Assembly: GCF_009914755.1 (NCBI RefSeq)
Contig: NC_060933.1
Length of the DNA: 64,000 nt
Direction: 5' to 3' (one strand)
Source of the DNA: the human T2T-CHM13v2.0 reference genome, Homo sapiens
The translations under genes and the position numbers were made by a program. Under the pieces are notes generated by a model. It saw nothing but the letters and a program-made list of their open reading frames with translations. It was not told the origin of the DNA and did no database searches. The number at the start of each line of letters is the position of its first letter. The stretch's first letter is position 1. This document shows, piece by piece, positions 47,001-63,854 of this stretch.

Positions 47001-48639
47001 TGTTTGCCTCTTGATCCTACAACTTTATGATCTGCTGGCCTAGAAGTCTGTTTCAAATGAAGGATTGCTTCCACCAAGAGACACAACAATGCCTTTATAG
47101 AACTGGAAATTAAAACTGTTACCCAGTGGCTTTGGATTCCTCATGCCTGTAAATCAACAGGCAAGGAAGAGAGTTACTGGGCTAGTTCTGGTTATTGATC
47201 TTAACTGGCAAGGGGAACTTGGACTCGTACTTCCAAATGGAGATAAGGAAGGGTGTGTCTGCAATATATATACCCTTAGGGTGTCCTTGGGATTATAATA
47301 TTCTGTAATTATGGTCAATGGAAAATGACAACCACCTAATCCAGGCAGGACAACTAATGGCCCAGACCCTTCAGGAATGAAGCCTTGGGTCATCCCAACA
47401 AGGAAATAATCACGACCAGCTGAGGTGCTTAGTGGAAGAAGTGAGGTGCTTAGTGGAAGAAGGTAGCTATAAATACCAGCTATGACCACATGACCAGTTA
47501 CAGAAATCAAGATTGAAATTGTTATCAGCATTTCCTCCTTTTTTGTTATGAATACATACAAATGTGTGTGGGTGCATTAAGCAAATATTATTGTTTTTCT
47601 GCTGTCTTATTCCCTTATAAGGGATGTATTGACTATATCATTGCATTTAAGTGTTGTTGATTTTATATTATAACATTTAAGTTGCAGGATATCAAGGAGA
47701 AAAGTAAACATCATTCGAGGATTATACCTCCTTTTCTGGGGAAGGGGTAGGTGTGTCTTCAGTGGTACATGGGATGATGATATATTAGACAGAAGCATGG
47801 CCTTGCTATTTTCTTTATTTGGAGATTAAGTATAGTTTAAGGAGATGTGTATGGATGCCAAGTTGACAAGAGGTGGACTTGCGATGAATAATTTCATGTG
47901 GAAATTTGACTATGTCATGAGGTGCCGAGATGTTTAATGAAACATTATCCCAGCTATGTCTGTGATGGTGCTTTTGGATGAAATTAACATTTGAATCAGT
48001 AGACTGAGTAAAGCGAGCTTCTCTCCCTAATGTGAGTAGTCCTTACTCCATCAGTTGAAGGCCTGAATAGAACTAAAATTACTCTGACCTTCCAGTAAGA
48101 AAGAGAAAACTCCTGCCTGACTGTTTGAACTGGGTCATGACTTTTTTCTTGTCTTCAGACTAAACTGAAATATTGGCTCTTCTTGGATTTTGAGCCTGCC
48201 AGTTTTCAGACTGGAACTTCCACCATTGACTCTCGTGGTGCTCAGGCCTTCAGACTCAGACTGGAACTCTCCCATTGGCTCTCCTGGGTCTCCAGCTTGC
48301 CAACTGCGAACTTGACTTCTCAGCCTCCAGAATTACATAAGCTAATTACCTATAGTAAGTCTTTCTCGCTCTCCCTCCGTCTCTGCTATTGGTTCTGTTT
48401 CTCAGGATATTCCAGATAGTACAGTCACCTCTGGCTGAGAATTCCAACTTCTTCACTTTATAGATTATTCTTTCTCTATGATTCAAACATCCTATCTCAT
48501 AAATAAGATTTATTTTCTCCCTCAATTTTCACCAAAAAAAGACACATATACATGTAACCCATTAGTTTATTTTCAATAACCTTACAGAAGATATGGAGGT
48601 GTAACAAGAATTACTGTAAACATAAGCCTTATATTCTTT

Positions 48640-48961
<322 letters not shown>

Positions 48962-50053
48962 TAAAAGTTAATTCCCCACTGCTTGGCCAGCTAATTCCCT
49001 CTGAGCTTCTCTAGCATGATCCTGGCTCTCCTTCCTGCATCTCCCTCCTTCCCGCATCTCCCTCCTTCCCCTCCCTTCTCTTCTGTCTTTTCTCTTCTCA
49101 GGAGCAAAAACTAAATTGGTCTCCTTTTCTCACACAAGATAGTTTTGGTGCCCCCTTTGCTGCTTTAACTCCTGCCAATGGGCATAACTTTGAAGTTTCA
49201 ATTTTATCCCAAGCAGCTCATCAAACTAGTACTTCAACATTAGGAATTCTTCTGTAATAGGAATTCTAGTGCCAGCTATTCAAGTTATAAACATCTCAAT
49301 CTCTGTCACAATCAAAATAACTGCCATTGACTGAGAACTCATGCTCCAATCACTGTTATGATGTGCTTCACTGACATTCTCTCATGTTCTTACAGAAACA
49401 CCACATAGTCATGCTTTTTCTAACTGTGGCAGATGCTGCTGTGTTTCTAATCAATATCCATTTTCTTCTTCTTTTAAATTAAAGGGTGCTGCTCCATTCA
49501 GTCCCACTTTACTAGGCCTCTGCATTGCACCCCCGCATACTATTGTTGGTAGCTAAGGGCTCACAAGTGCCCTGTTCTCTCCTGAGCACTTCTTCAGACT
49601 TAAGGGAGCTGCCTCGCCTGGACAACCTGTAGCCAGTGACTGACTGACACATGGTATAAAGGGCTATTCCTCTAGCCTCAACGTCAGGCCAACTCTGTAA
49701 TGCAATCCATGCTCCAAAACTCTGGGTGTCAGGCTGAGCCAGTCTTGTGCTGAGATCATCCTGGCTTAGATAGATCTCATCTTTGTCTCACCCTACTTAC
49801 TATTCCCCTCTCATAAGGTTATTCTCTCAAGAAAAGTTGCTCAATAATTGCTATTGCAGGCTCTGCTTCTAGAGAGCCCTACCTGACAGATTGACTGCGC
49901 TGCAGAAAAAGCAATGAAGGCCATTAACAGAAGGAAACCAATTAGGGTATCACTGGAGCCTGGGTGAGTGGCGACCTAACAAGAGCTCACTCCAAAATGG
50001 TAGCAGTGGACACAGACAGGAGTTGGATCAACCAGTTCATTTGTTTTCCATAA

Positions 50054-50432
<379 letters not shown>

Positions 50433-53150
50433 CCTTTAAAGTATTTTTAAATATTTACCTTGTTAAAAGTTTTTATCTTCCTTTAAAGAGATATAAGAAT
50501 GAGGGCCTTTCTTAGGTACTATCATATTCTTTCTGCCCCTAAAACAGTGCTGGCAGACAATTCATGCAAAATACATATTTGTAAATAAGTGAATGAAAAA
50601 TGAATGGAAGAAAAGTGATTGAGATTAGCTTGAGGCCTATGTGGGATTGAGGGAGCTGATTAGGTTATAAGTTGAGAGAGATCTAGAAATATCAAAAGAA
50701 CTCTGGAGAATGATCTGTTTGGTATAATAAATTATATACTGGGAACTCAGGAGAGATACTATAAGGCCTAAGACGGTATTTGGGTGACTAAGCCCTTCAC
50801 TTTAAAAGCTCAGTGTAGTACTTTATGCAAAACCTTGAAACTTACCGTATTTCTTTTTGGCATTTTGGGTGATGCTTAAGAATGTTAAATAATGAAAGAC
50901 TCTTTGTGTTACCTGTACTGTGTGTGTATTAGAATTGTAACCTATTTCAGTTTTCGTCTCATCACCAACAAGCTTTTCAAAGTAGTAGAAACTACTTTTT
51001 CAGAAGGTGAAGTAATGCTGTTTTGTCCAGTGGGTGATTACTTGCTGTGAATACTTAGTGATCATCAGGCTTGGAAACATGCGTAGGTGTGTATAATAAA
51101 TGAGACCGCTACTACCTGTTAATTGTACTTTATAATTGCAGTTTATCTCCTCTGTACACCTGCAGAGTCCTGGCTCATATCACAGAGAAAAGGTCGTTAC
51201 TGTGGCTTGACTGAGAGAGCTCATTTATTAAAGCTCTAAGGGGTTGTATTATCAACTTCATCTCATGTCTTTCTACATTATCTAATATTCTCCATTCAGA
51301 TGTACACAAAAAATATCCATCTTTTAATGCGTAACTGATGTACATATATGCTGTTATCGTTATTGTTAAAGAACTTTAGTTATTTAAAGTTAGTAAATTA
51401 AAGTTATTGTTATGGTTATGCTGTTAAGTTATTGATGGTTAAATCAACAACTTTTAGGCAACAAATTGGTTGATCGCTTATTGTTGATTTTAGGCAGTTG
51501 CCAAGCAATATTAATGTCCTAACATTAAGATTAATGGAGTGTATCATTCATTGACTTGATCATTTCCCTCCCATTTCTATTGCCCTGTCCCTTGGGGTGC
51601 TGGCATTGGGTTCGTATGTGTGCAATCGAATCTTTTCCGTGGCAGATGCTGAGGAGCAAGTCCTGACAGTGAATAGCCATGTGTTTAGTCAGCTGTTTAC
51701 ACAGGCTCAAGGAAATGAGAATTTTATGGAAAGTTGATAAGACATCTCACTACTTTCAAATTCATTTTAGAAAAGTATAGTATGAGAAGAAGAGCTTCGA
51801 CAAATATTGTGTCTAAAAAGCTAAAAACATCCTGATCTTCGTAACCGAGTGGCTAACAAATAAAGAAACTCACACAACGCTCAGTTAAAGGAGTCAAAAT
51901 AAACTGTCATAGAATACACATCATGATGAGGTCTTATTTAGCAATATTATATTCCCTTTAACTGCATTTGTAATGTTGACTTAAATGGGAGAATACTGCA
52001 TTCCTTTGCCTTTTCCTCTCTCTGAAGGTTTTGAGAGAAGAAACAGAAGAAGTTGTAGAAAATCAACTCTGCTTCCTTTTACTAATTGTGAATATAAGCT
52101 CACCGTACTCTGGAGTGAAAATAAAAACAATGTTTTAGTTGATTGTATCTACCAATGCCATCTACTCCACATTCTTGCTTTAATTGGTAGCTTATTTTAA
52201 GAAAACACTATGACTTCTTTGTAGAAAATGTACTTTAAGATCCCAGAAGCATTTAATTCCTCAGGAAAACTTATCAGGATGTCATATAATGATTAAAAAG
52301 ACGTTCAAAATCAGTAATTTTCATCAGCTGATCTGCTTTCTTGGTATTTTATACTGTAATACCCTTTACTATATGTGATCTCTGAATAGATAAGTCAGCT
52401 TTCAATGCTCACAGTTTTTAACATAGAGTATTTTTTTTAAACTTTGAGTATTTTATAGATTAGGGACAGTGACTTTCACTGAATGAAACTATACTTACTT
52501 CTGGTATAAAGAGAATATATACTCATCTACACATGCTCCACTTTGCACTACAGCTGAAGGACTCTGAAAGCACACCGCTCTGGGTTTTAGCTCCAGGGCA
52601 TCCCGTGGGTGGGTCACTGAGCAAAAGCATTATAGGACATCCCGTTCTACAAGGAATGAGGACAAAGCCCAGGCTTTTCTAGAAAGTTCCTCTATATATC
52701 AAGATACTGCATTCTTAGCACATTCTACAGTTATTCTAAAACTGTAAGCCAGGAAATGGGGAAGGGGAGAAGAAAGCTGGGTCCGCTGAGGCCATCTAGG
52801 GGCCAGTCCTCCTCCAGAGGCCGTTAAATTGGTCCAGGAAAGAGAAAAATATGGCTTTGATCAGGGTGGTGACAATGGAGTTCTTAATCAGTGGTAGGGT
52901 TTTTGATAGGTTTTGTAAGTGTGATAGAACCAATAAGATTTCTTTCTAGACTGGATGTAGAGTGTGAGAGAAGAAGAGTGGTGATCCCAAAGTCATTAGC
53001 TTGGGCACCAGATGGAATTGCCATCAACGGAGATTAAGGAGGAATGATTTGTCCCTTAAATTGCACAGTTGTAGCAATAGATGAGTTTACTAGGAAATAA
53101 AACATGTGTTTGCAAAGGACTGGTCTATTTCCTTAAGAAAACAGAAACTA

Positions 53151-53508
<358 letters not shown>

Positions 53509-53965
53509 CTAGGACATTAAATAACATGTAGGGCAATACAAACCAAAAATGTAATAAGCATGCAATGCCCATATCCTCCACCCCAGTAAAATAATTCATG
53601 TATTCAGCTTGCATCCAAATTATTTATTATTATTATTCTGCCAAAGTGTTTCACACAGGTTGCCATTTTAAATTTTGTTTTTGATGAAATGTCTGTTGAA
53701 ATGCTCCTTTGGAGAAATGACTGTACTTTCTCTTGATTCCTTGACTAAATTTTCACAGAATCGTTTGATCGGAAACTATATAGAAATGTGTTCACTATTA
53801 TCCATTAGAGTTTATTAAGCAATGAAAGAAATGAAGGCATAAGGATAAAACGTCTGCTCAAATTTCTGAGCAGTCACTTTCTCATTAGAGCTCTTGTATT
53901 TGGGGACTCTAATGTGGAAATACCGTGAGAATTTAAAGAACAAATAGTACATCCTCCTCCCTTAG

Positions 53966-54401
<436 letters not shown>

Positions 54402-55256
54402 CAGAAATTTTTTTTAATGGTGAATCTTAAATGGTGAATTTAGATAATAACCTAAGATAATTTTGTAGAAATGCAAAATTTGCAAAATAATTTCTGATCA
54501 TAAAAGGAGGATAGGTGAAAGCTTATCCCAGGTGGTGTCTGACCTGCTCTTGTATGTCTGGATTTTCACACTAGAGTGCAATGATGTGGCATATCCACTC
54601 TGATTTTTGCAAGTTTAAGAAGTTACTTTAGACACATTGTAATGTTTCTTTAAGCATATTTCACTCCCATAAATGGGGTAACAACAGTCCATATTAAAGT
54701 TAGTAATATATTACAATTAAAGTGTCTAATTCTCAGATCCTTTGTAACACATGGGCTACAATAAATCACATACAAAAAAAGTCTTAAATTATTAGAATCT
54801 ATTATGTAAAAAGTGACTAAGAGAATCATGCTAGTTTTCAATTTATTGCCTCTGATCTCCAAATGCAGTCTTCAATACATGTTCTGTACTAATGGACATC
54901 TTTAAGCATTTCTGCTTACCAGTAAGGATACCAGTAAGCAGAAAGAAGACTGTTCTGCTCTTTCCAGCTGCTGCATGGTGTGCCAGCAGTGTGGGTATGA
55001 GAACATCTGGTGTCATTCTGCCCCAGTGACATGTTCAAAATACACCACCCCTCAGTCCTAGCCTGTCCTAGTGACCACCTTCATGCAGCCCTCTTGAGAG
55101 AGACGCTATGTGGTCCAGGTCTCTTGCCCACACTGCCACCCTGATTCCCTCTGCCTGCTTGTCCCTACCTTCCAGACTTGTCTTGTGAGGTCCCCCCGAT
55201 GCAGCGGCCCTCCTCTCAGGGTTACCATATGCTCTAAGCTTTGTGCTGCACTGGCA

Positions 55257-55846
55257 TTGCAGGGAAGTTTACATTTTCCCACTGAAGTTTTGATAATGTA
55301 AGCCTATGAAACAAACTGAAAATAGGCAGATTAACAGAAGAAAAGGCATACAAATTTATTAACATGCATATGGGCTTGGGTATCACATACAAAGTATTAA
55401 TAAACTCAGAGCGAGGGTCAGATGGTTGAAGTTTGTATGCCATCTCGAGGCTACAGAAAGAATGGCAGCTCAGAGCATGGCCAAAACCAGGTTATGGTGG
55501 TGAATCAAGTTATGGTGGTGGGACATGTTATGGGAGGGAGAGAAGAGGAGGCCTAGCAGCAAAGCTGGTCTTGTTATGTAGCTGAAACCTCACAGGTAGC
55601 AGCCATCACAGAAAATAGATGGTAAATGTTTCTTTGAGAAGTTTAAAGGTGTCAGACTAGACTCAGATGAGGAAGGGCCCCAGAGAAACCTGGCTGTATC
55701 AAGGCAGATTCTCTATGGATGCAAACCTCCCTCCTGAGGAAAGACAACTTTTCAGGGCTACTTCTATTTGCAGACCCTCTGAACAGCCATCTCAAAAGAT
55801 GTCAAAGAAGGATATTTGGGGGTGAAATGTTTTGATTTTCTTCACA
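55257..55846 (-). mobile_element. ERV1-type solo LTR (MER34/MER39 group)
   Basis: Ends CCCTCTGAACAGCCATCTCAAAAGATGTCAAAGAAGGATATTTGGGGGTGAAATGTTTTGATTTTCTTCA; homologous to 57094-57456 in opposite orientation. Confidence 0.75.
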
Positions 55847-56290
55847 GGCATACATTTTACATGGCAGAATCATAATAAAGTATAATTAAATAAAACTAAA
55901 GTACAAGTATAATTAAAGTGAATACCTAGTCCTATAACAGATACATTCCACAAAAATGTAATGATTAACACCAGGGGCAGTTATATTTCAAGCTCATGCT
56001 TCTCAGCTTGTCTGTTCTTGTAGCAGTGTAGGTCAAATCAGAAGATAAAAACCATAGAGTGATTTCAACAGAAATTTAATATAAAGAATTATACCATGAT
56101 AAAAGATTAACTATAGGATATAAGTGAACTCTATAAGTTAATCTAGAGCTGAGGGAAGATACTCAAGGAAGAACGAACTTGGAAAGAGAAGCCCTTCCCC
56201 AAAGCTGTAGTTAAGACTTTATTGGAGAAGGTGTTTTATCCTGCTGAATTACAGAGAAGTCTATCTGTTTACCTGGGTCAGAGCGGGCCT

Positions 56291-56469
56291 GCAGTCACAG
56301 GTGAAGCCGAGCTATGGACTGAATTGCAGCCCGTCCCAATTCATAGGTTAAATCCCTAGCTGCCAATTTGGCTACATTGGAGATACAGTCAAATTGTAGG
56401 TTAGGGATTTAACCTATGAATTCGGACGAGCCGCAATTCAGTCCATAGCTCAGCTTCACCTGTGACTGC
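56291..56469. repeat. Long inverted repeat: 87-bp arms, 5-nt loop
   Basis: 56291-56377 versus reverse complement of 56383-56469: ungapped, 11 mismatches in 87. Confidence 0.96.
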
Positions 56470-56486
56470 GGACCAGGTTAAGCCAA

Positions 56487-56989
56487 GCTATGGACTGAAT
56501 TGCTATGACCTGAATTCATTTAGACTACATTTGGAAGTAATTAAAGTGACATTAGGTAATTAAAGTTACACCCCATCAGATTAGGTTGGGCCCCTAATCT
56601 GATAGGATTGGTGGCTTTTTATGAAGCCTATAAAACAAACTGATTATAGGCAGATTTTTTAAAGGCATATCCATTTATTAATGTGCATATGGATTTGGGA
56701 CTCATATGCAAAGTATGAGGCTCAAAGCAGGGGTCAGATGGTTGAAGTTCTCTCTCCCTCTCTCTCTCTTTCTCTCTCCTTATACATACAGTTAAAGAAG
56801 GCCATGTGAGAACACAGCTAGAAGGTGACCATCTACAAGCCAGGAAGAGATCTCTCACCAGAAACCAACTGGCCAAAACAACATAACTTTGGACTTCCCA
56901 GCCTGCTGAACCGTGAGAAAATAAATTTCTGTGGTTTAGGCCACCTAGTCTATGGTACTTTGTTATGGCAGTTCAAGGAAACATATACA
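56487..56989 (+). mobile_element. MLT1-type MaLR LTR, rearranged
   Basis: GCTATGGACTGAATTG start, GGCCCCTAATCTGATAGGATTGGTGGC, CAAGCCAGGAAGAG...CCAGAAACCAAC, GCCACCTAGTCTATGGTACTTTGTTATGGCAG. Confidence 0.8.
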
Positions 56990-57093
56990 AGCAGGAAATA
57001 ACTCTCTGGAATGAGGATGGGGTGCAGGTAAGCAATAGCGAGTGGCTGGGTGCCTGATATACAAAAGGAGTAAAGGTATACAAACCTTTCCTT

Positions 57094-57456
57094 TGCTAAA
57101 GGAAATCAAAAATATTTCACCCCAAAACATAGTTCTTTGATGTGTCTTGAGGTGGCTATTCAGAGGGCCAGCAGACAGGAATAGTGCAGAAAAGCTGACT
57201 TTCGTGGAGTAGATTTGCATCTGTGCAGAAAATCTATATAGGTGAAATAAACAGCCAGGCTTTCTCTGAGATTCCCCTTCTGCAGCATGGTATACAGGCT
57301 TCTGAACCCCACTAAGGTATTGACAATCACTCTGTGATTCTCTTTGTGCACACTAATAAATTTGCATGCCATTTCTCCTGTTAATTTACCTTTTTTGAGT
57401 TGATTTTTCAGCAAACCTTCAGAGGGCAAAGGGGAAGCTTTTCATTGGCCTCTACA
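57094..57456 (+). mobile_element. ERV1-type solo LTR (MER34/MER39 group), internally shorter copy
   Basis: AAAGGAAATCAAAATATTTCACCCCAAAA...GGCTATTCAGAGGGCC start; ...GGCCTCTACA end. Confidence 0.75.
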
Positions 57457-58199
57457 CCTGGTTTCCACTTGATTAATTGGCCTCCTGAAACTGCCCAGCT
57501 GTTCGAAATGATTTATGCATCTATGTGGCATGGATCACTTCACTATGTCCAGTACTAACCTAAGCAATGCAGGCTCTTGCCCATTCGAGATGAGACTCTA
57601 ATAAAGCATGAACATTGTCTAAGCCACCTAAAACTTTCATAGAGAAGATAGTCGTTGATTTCACATATTGGTTCACAGAAAAAAAGAATGGGACCATTAT
57701 GTATAATTAACCTTACCATTATTATCATCTGAGAAGTCTTTTTCTATATTTTAAAGTAAATGTCAATTTAGATAGTGAGAACTATAAACTACATTAAGTT
57801 GAAATGAAAATGCTGACCATATGTTAATAACTTCATGTTAAGGAAATATATGCACTCGCTGAGAAAGTCTACCATTTTATGATATCATGAGCAATTAAAT
57901 ATTTTGAATTATTTTTCATTTTATATATATACTATTTGCATTTTTTGGTTTGCTTATAATATTCTCTTTATATACAACCCCCAAAATAAAAATAATTTGG
58001 AAAGACATGAAGAAGATGCTACCTACCACCAAGAAACTACCACCAAGATATCAAAGATAAACAGAACCAATATTTTGCTGAGCAGCCTTCCATGTATTTA
58101 CATGTCCATACACATGGACTTAGGACTAAATAAATTGTCACTAGTGGAATCACACTGAATCCTTGCTAGATCATGCTAGGCCATGAGTGAAGGACTTAT

Positions 58200-58764
58200 A
58201 TATTGAGAAATAAAGAGAATCCTAAGCCCCCCACTTGACTGAACAGACTTCCTCTTGGTCAAAGGGACCAGAGGTTTTTAAGGTTTCTCTAGAGAATGGC
58301 TAACGACCATTAGGCTTTCTTCCCTAAGGGTGAAGGCAGAAACCAGCCCTTTCAAAAGTCTTGCCCAGTGATTTCAGCCAACTGCCTGACACTTGTCCTC
58401 CCTCTTGCAGCTTTAACACAGAAACTGACCAGCATTCCTTCCCAATAAGAGACCACCCACCACAGCATGGCTCTGGCTGGTCTACAAAGGCTGTGTACTA
58501 AGTGCCTTCGTATCCTCCACTTCACCTTTTGATGTACAAGGCCTAACTGAAATACACTTAAATGCTATGTCTCCACCCCAAAGTGAACATGGGACACATG
58601 TTACATACATGTTAGCCTTTCTTATTCCTCCCTCCCTGGAAGCACTTATTTTCTGCTCAGTTCAGAGGTTCAGAGTTTCTGCGTCCTGCCTGCGGGTTGT
58701 GGTAACCTGCTTTAGAAATATAGCCCTCTTCCCAAATATATGAACCATGATTCTTCAAGTGGAC
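58200..58764 (+). mobile_element. ERV1-type solo LTR (MER39-like)
   Basis: AATCCTAAGCCCCCCACTTGACTGAACAGAC...CTGACCAGCATTCCTTCC...CTTCAAGTGGACA. Confidence 0.7.
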
Positions 58765-58899
58765 AGAATGATTTATGGACTTCCATAAGCATGTGCATGG
58801 TGGGCTCACAGTACACATTTCTGGAATCACTGAGTAAATGCTATCGACAAACTGTATTTTTTCAGGTTAATATTATGTCATGGAGACATCCCAATTCAT

Positions 58900-61030
<2,131 letters not shown>

Positions 61031-62720
61031 AGTCAAGAACAACTGAAGTTCAGCAGAACACCCTGAAGTCAAGATTTTGTCGTGTGTATGTGTGTGTGAG
61101 AATGTGTGTATATTTTTTATGTTCTGAGTCTGCATATTTTATTGTATACTTTATGGACATTTTCCCATGTCATTAAGTTAAGAGAAAAGCATTGATGACT
61201 CATTCAACATATATTTAGCGAGTTGTTACCATGTGCAGTATAGTTTTCTAATTACTGGAGCTAGATGAATGAACGAAATAAAAACAAAAATCTCTGCCTT
61301 CATGAAGATTCTATTCTGGGAAAGGCAGACCATAAACAAGAAAAATATAGTATATTAGACAGTGATGAGTGTTAAGAAGCAAAGTAAAATAGAAGGCTAA
61401 AAAGCATTGGTCGGGGGAGTGAAAATTTTGAAGTTCAATATGTGAGTAAAGTTCTAACTGAATCAATCAGCCATACATAGGAATATTGTACAATTCAATC
61501 ATCTCTCCATGGTTCAATATTTAGGTATTTCTATACTTTGACATTGTAATAAAAGAAAGTGAAAACACTGTCACATGTCTTTGCCAGTGTCTCCAATTAT
61601 TACCTTAGAAAGGTTTCTTTTTTTTTTTAATCTTTTTAATTTTTTTCTTAAGACAGTCTTACTCTTGTCGACCAGTCTGTAATGCAGTGGCATGATCTGA
61701 AGGAAGTTGCCAATGACAATAAGACAGTTCACTCAAATGTTACCTCTAGAGGCAGACAGTAATTCCTGCCACAAATATATTTTAAAATCCTAAATTTATT
61801 GTTAAAGATCTGGTAATGGTTAGCACAGTAACAGAGATGGAAGGGGAAAGAAACATATCAATGAGATGTTTTTCTATAAACAATATAGACAAAGAGAATC
61901 AAATATTCTGTTACATTAGACATCACAGCCACTCATGTAATCTCAATGTATGGTTCTATACGGAAAGAGCAGCTGATTTCGGAAAACACATCCCCCCAAA
62001 AAGCTGTCTAAAGCAGTAGAAAGGAAATCTTTGAGCCACCAAGTTGTAAACTGAAGAGCTCCCCAAAGGCTCATGACATACGATACTGTATCTGGTCCTA
62101 AGTCCAGCAGCTTGCCACCTAAAAGCCAGAGTCAAGACATGGATGGGTGGAAGGAAAAAATGGTTTTAATCAAGGTGTGAGAGCGGCAGGAAGGAAGATA
62201 AAGAGAGTGGATGACTGAAGTATATTTTTAAAACTGAGGTCCTTAGTTACAATACCGTTGAGAGTGTGGGGGAATAAGGCTGGAGGGATGACCAGCTTCA
62301 AAGGAGGCTGCTCACAGGGTTTCCTATGTGAGCACTGCAATCTGCAGTTATGTAACTTGGAGGATTAAGTGGGGCTGGAAACAGGAGGATTTATTGAATG
62401 TCTGTTTTAGTGTTTTAGGAGTGGTTGAAGACGGCCCCACATGTCCATTTCTGTATAAAGGACAAAATATTCATTTTCCATAGAGGATAAAACAGAGAGT
62501 CTCTGGACTGGAGACCACGGAGACCAATTGAGGAAAGGGTACAATATTGAAAACAAAGTACACACTGAAAATTGAGATTCGCAGCTTTTCTCATTTCTAG
62601 CTTTTAGGATGCTGACAACAGGGCTTCCTTCCTCCAAAAAGAGAAATAAATAAATCAATAAATATTCATCTGTGGGGATTAGACCAGGTCAGTAAAGGTA
62701 AGCCAAAAAATCCTGACATT

Positions 62721-63047
<327 letters not shown>

Positions 63048-63324
63048 CTAATAGCAAAATAATGGTCCTAGTGGTGAGTTTCCAACACTAAATAACTAGA
63101 GGGATTTCAGGGCAAGCATGTGGGGCTTTGACTAGTAAGTAAAGACTAGTAAGTAAACCCTGGATTTAAATCACAATGTGAGTTCTGGAGATCTCACAGT
63201 GTGAGTTCTGGAGAGCTCTGAGCAGTGGAGAGATGGAAGAGGCTTCATGGGAGACTCATCCAGCCAGGAAAGAGAACTTTAGAAGGTTGAGCCTGAAAGC
63301 AGGGAGCTCACTGCGGAGGTGAGA

Positions 63325-63364
63325 GGGGTTGGGGGTTGGGGGGGCAGGGGGGAGGGAGGGGAGG
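63325..63364 (+). other. G-rich tract with G-quadruplex potential
   Basis: Six runs of 3-7 G with 1-2 nt loops. Confidence 0.75.
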
Positions 63365-63854
63365 TTGGCATTCAGTCCACAGGGCTCCTGGGTTTTTCTG
63401 AACCTAGAGACTTCCTAAAATATTTAGTATTCCTGAGATTAATGTCTATTACCTATTTTCTGAATGGCATGCTTTGTAGTTCTTCTTATAGGAAAGTTCT
63501 TGTTCATTATAAGACAATTACGAACTTCCTGAAACTCTAAAGAAAGCTGAATGTTGCAAAGTAAGCTCACGGCTGAAAATACTCTTCCATTTTCAACAAC
63601 CTTGTTACAAAACTCGGCAAAGAGAAGACTCTTAGTGAACACACAAAGGGGACCTGAATCAGGAGAAGCTCAGGCTCTCCCAGGAGCTCCCCTAAAGGGT
63701 TTAGGTGCGTCTCAGAGGAGCTTCCACAAAATGGAGTTCTCCTGGAAACAATCACTGACTAGTTGTTTTCTCTTAAAATATCAATTTCCTAAGAGTAAGA
63801 GAAAAATTAAAACACATTTAAATTATATAGAGTTTATTTGAGCATTTGGAGATT

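Larger units (their letters stand above)
40752..48423 (+). mobile_element. Degenerate near-complete ERV-L provirus (MLT2-type LTRs at ~40752-41143 partial and ~47880-48423; gag, pro, pol, dUTPase; no env)
   Basis: Protease LLDTGPELTLIPGD (~44295); RT PFNSPICTVQKTNEFWRMT (~44711), AAIDMTNAFF (~44860), LVRYTDGI for YIDD (~45055); RNaseH AWITEGFA (~45918); integrase QIDYIGPL (~46499); dUTPase-like PPRDTTMPL*NWKLKL (~47071); polypurine tract GACAAGAGGTGGAC before 3' LTR; many stops and frameshifts. Confidence 0.92.

Noticed and set aside
41300-47400. Domesticated or intact ERV-L gag/pol gene
   Set aside because: Catalytic motifs are degenerate (YTDG for YIDD), there are numerous stops and frameshifts, and two large insertions interrupt gag.
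54909-54944. Small hairpin TTTCTGCTTAC...GTAAGCAGAAA
   Set aside because: Only an 11-bp stem; explicable by local slippage or chance.
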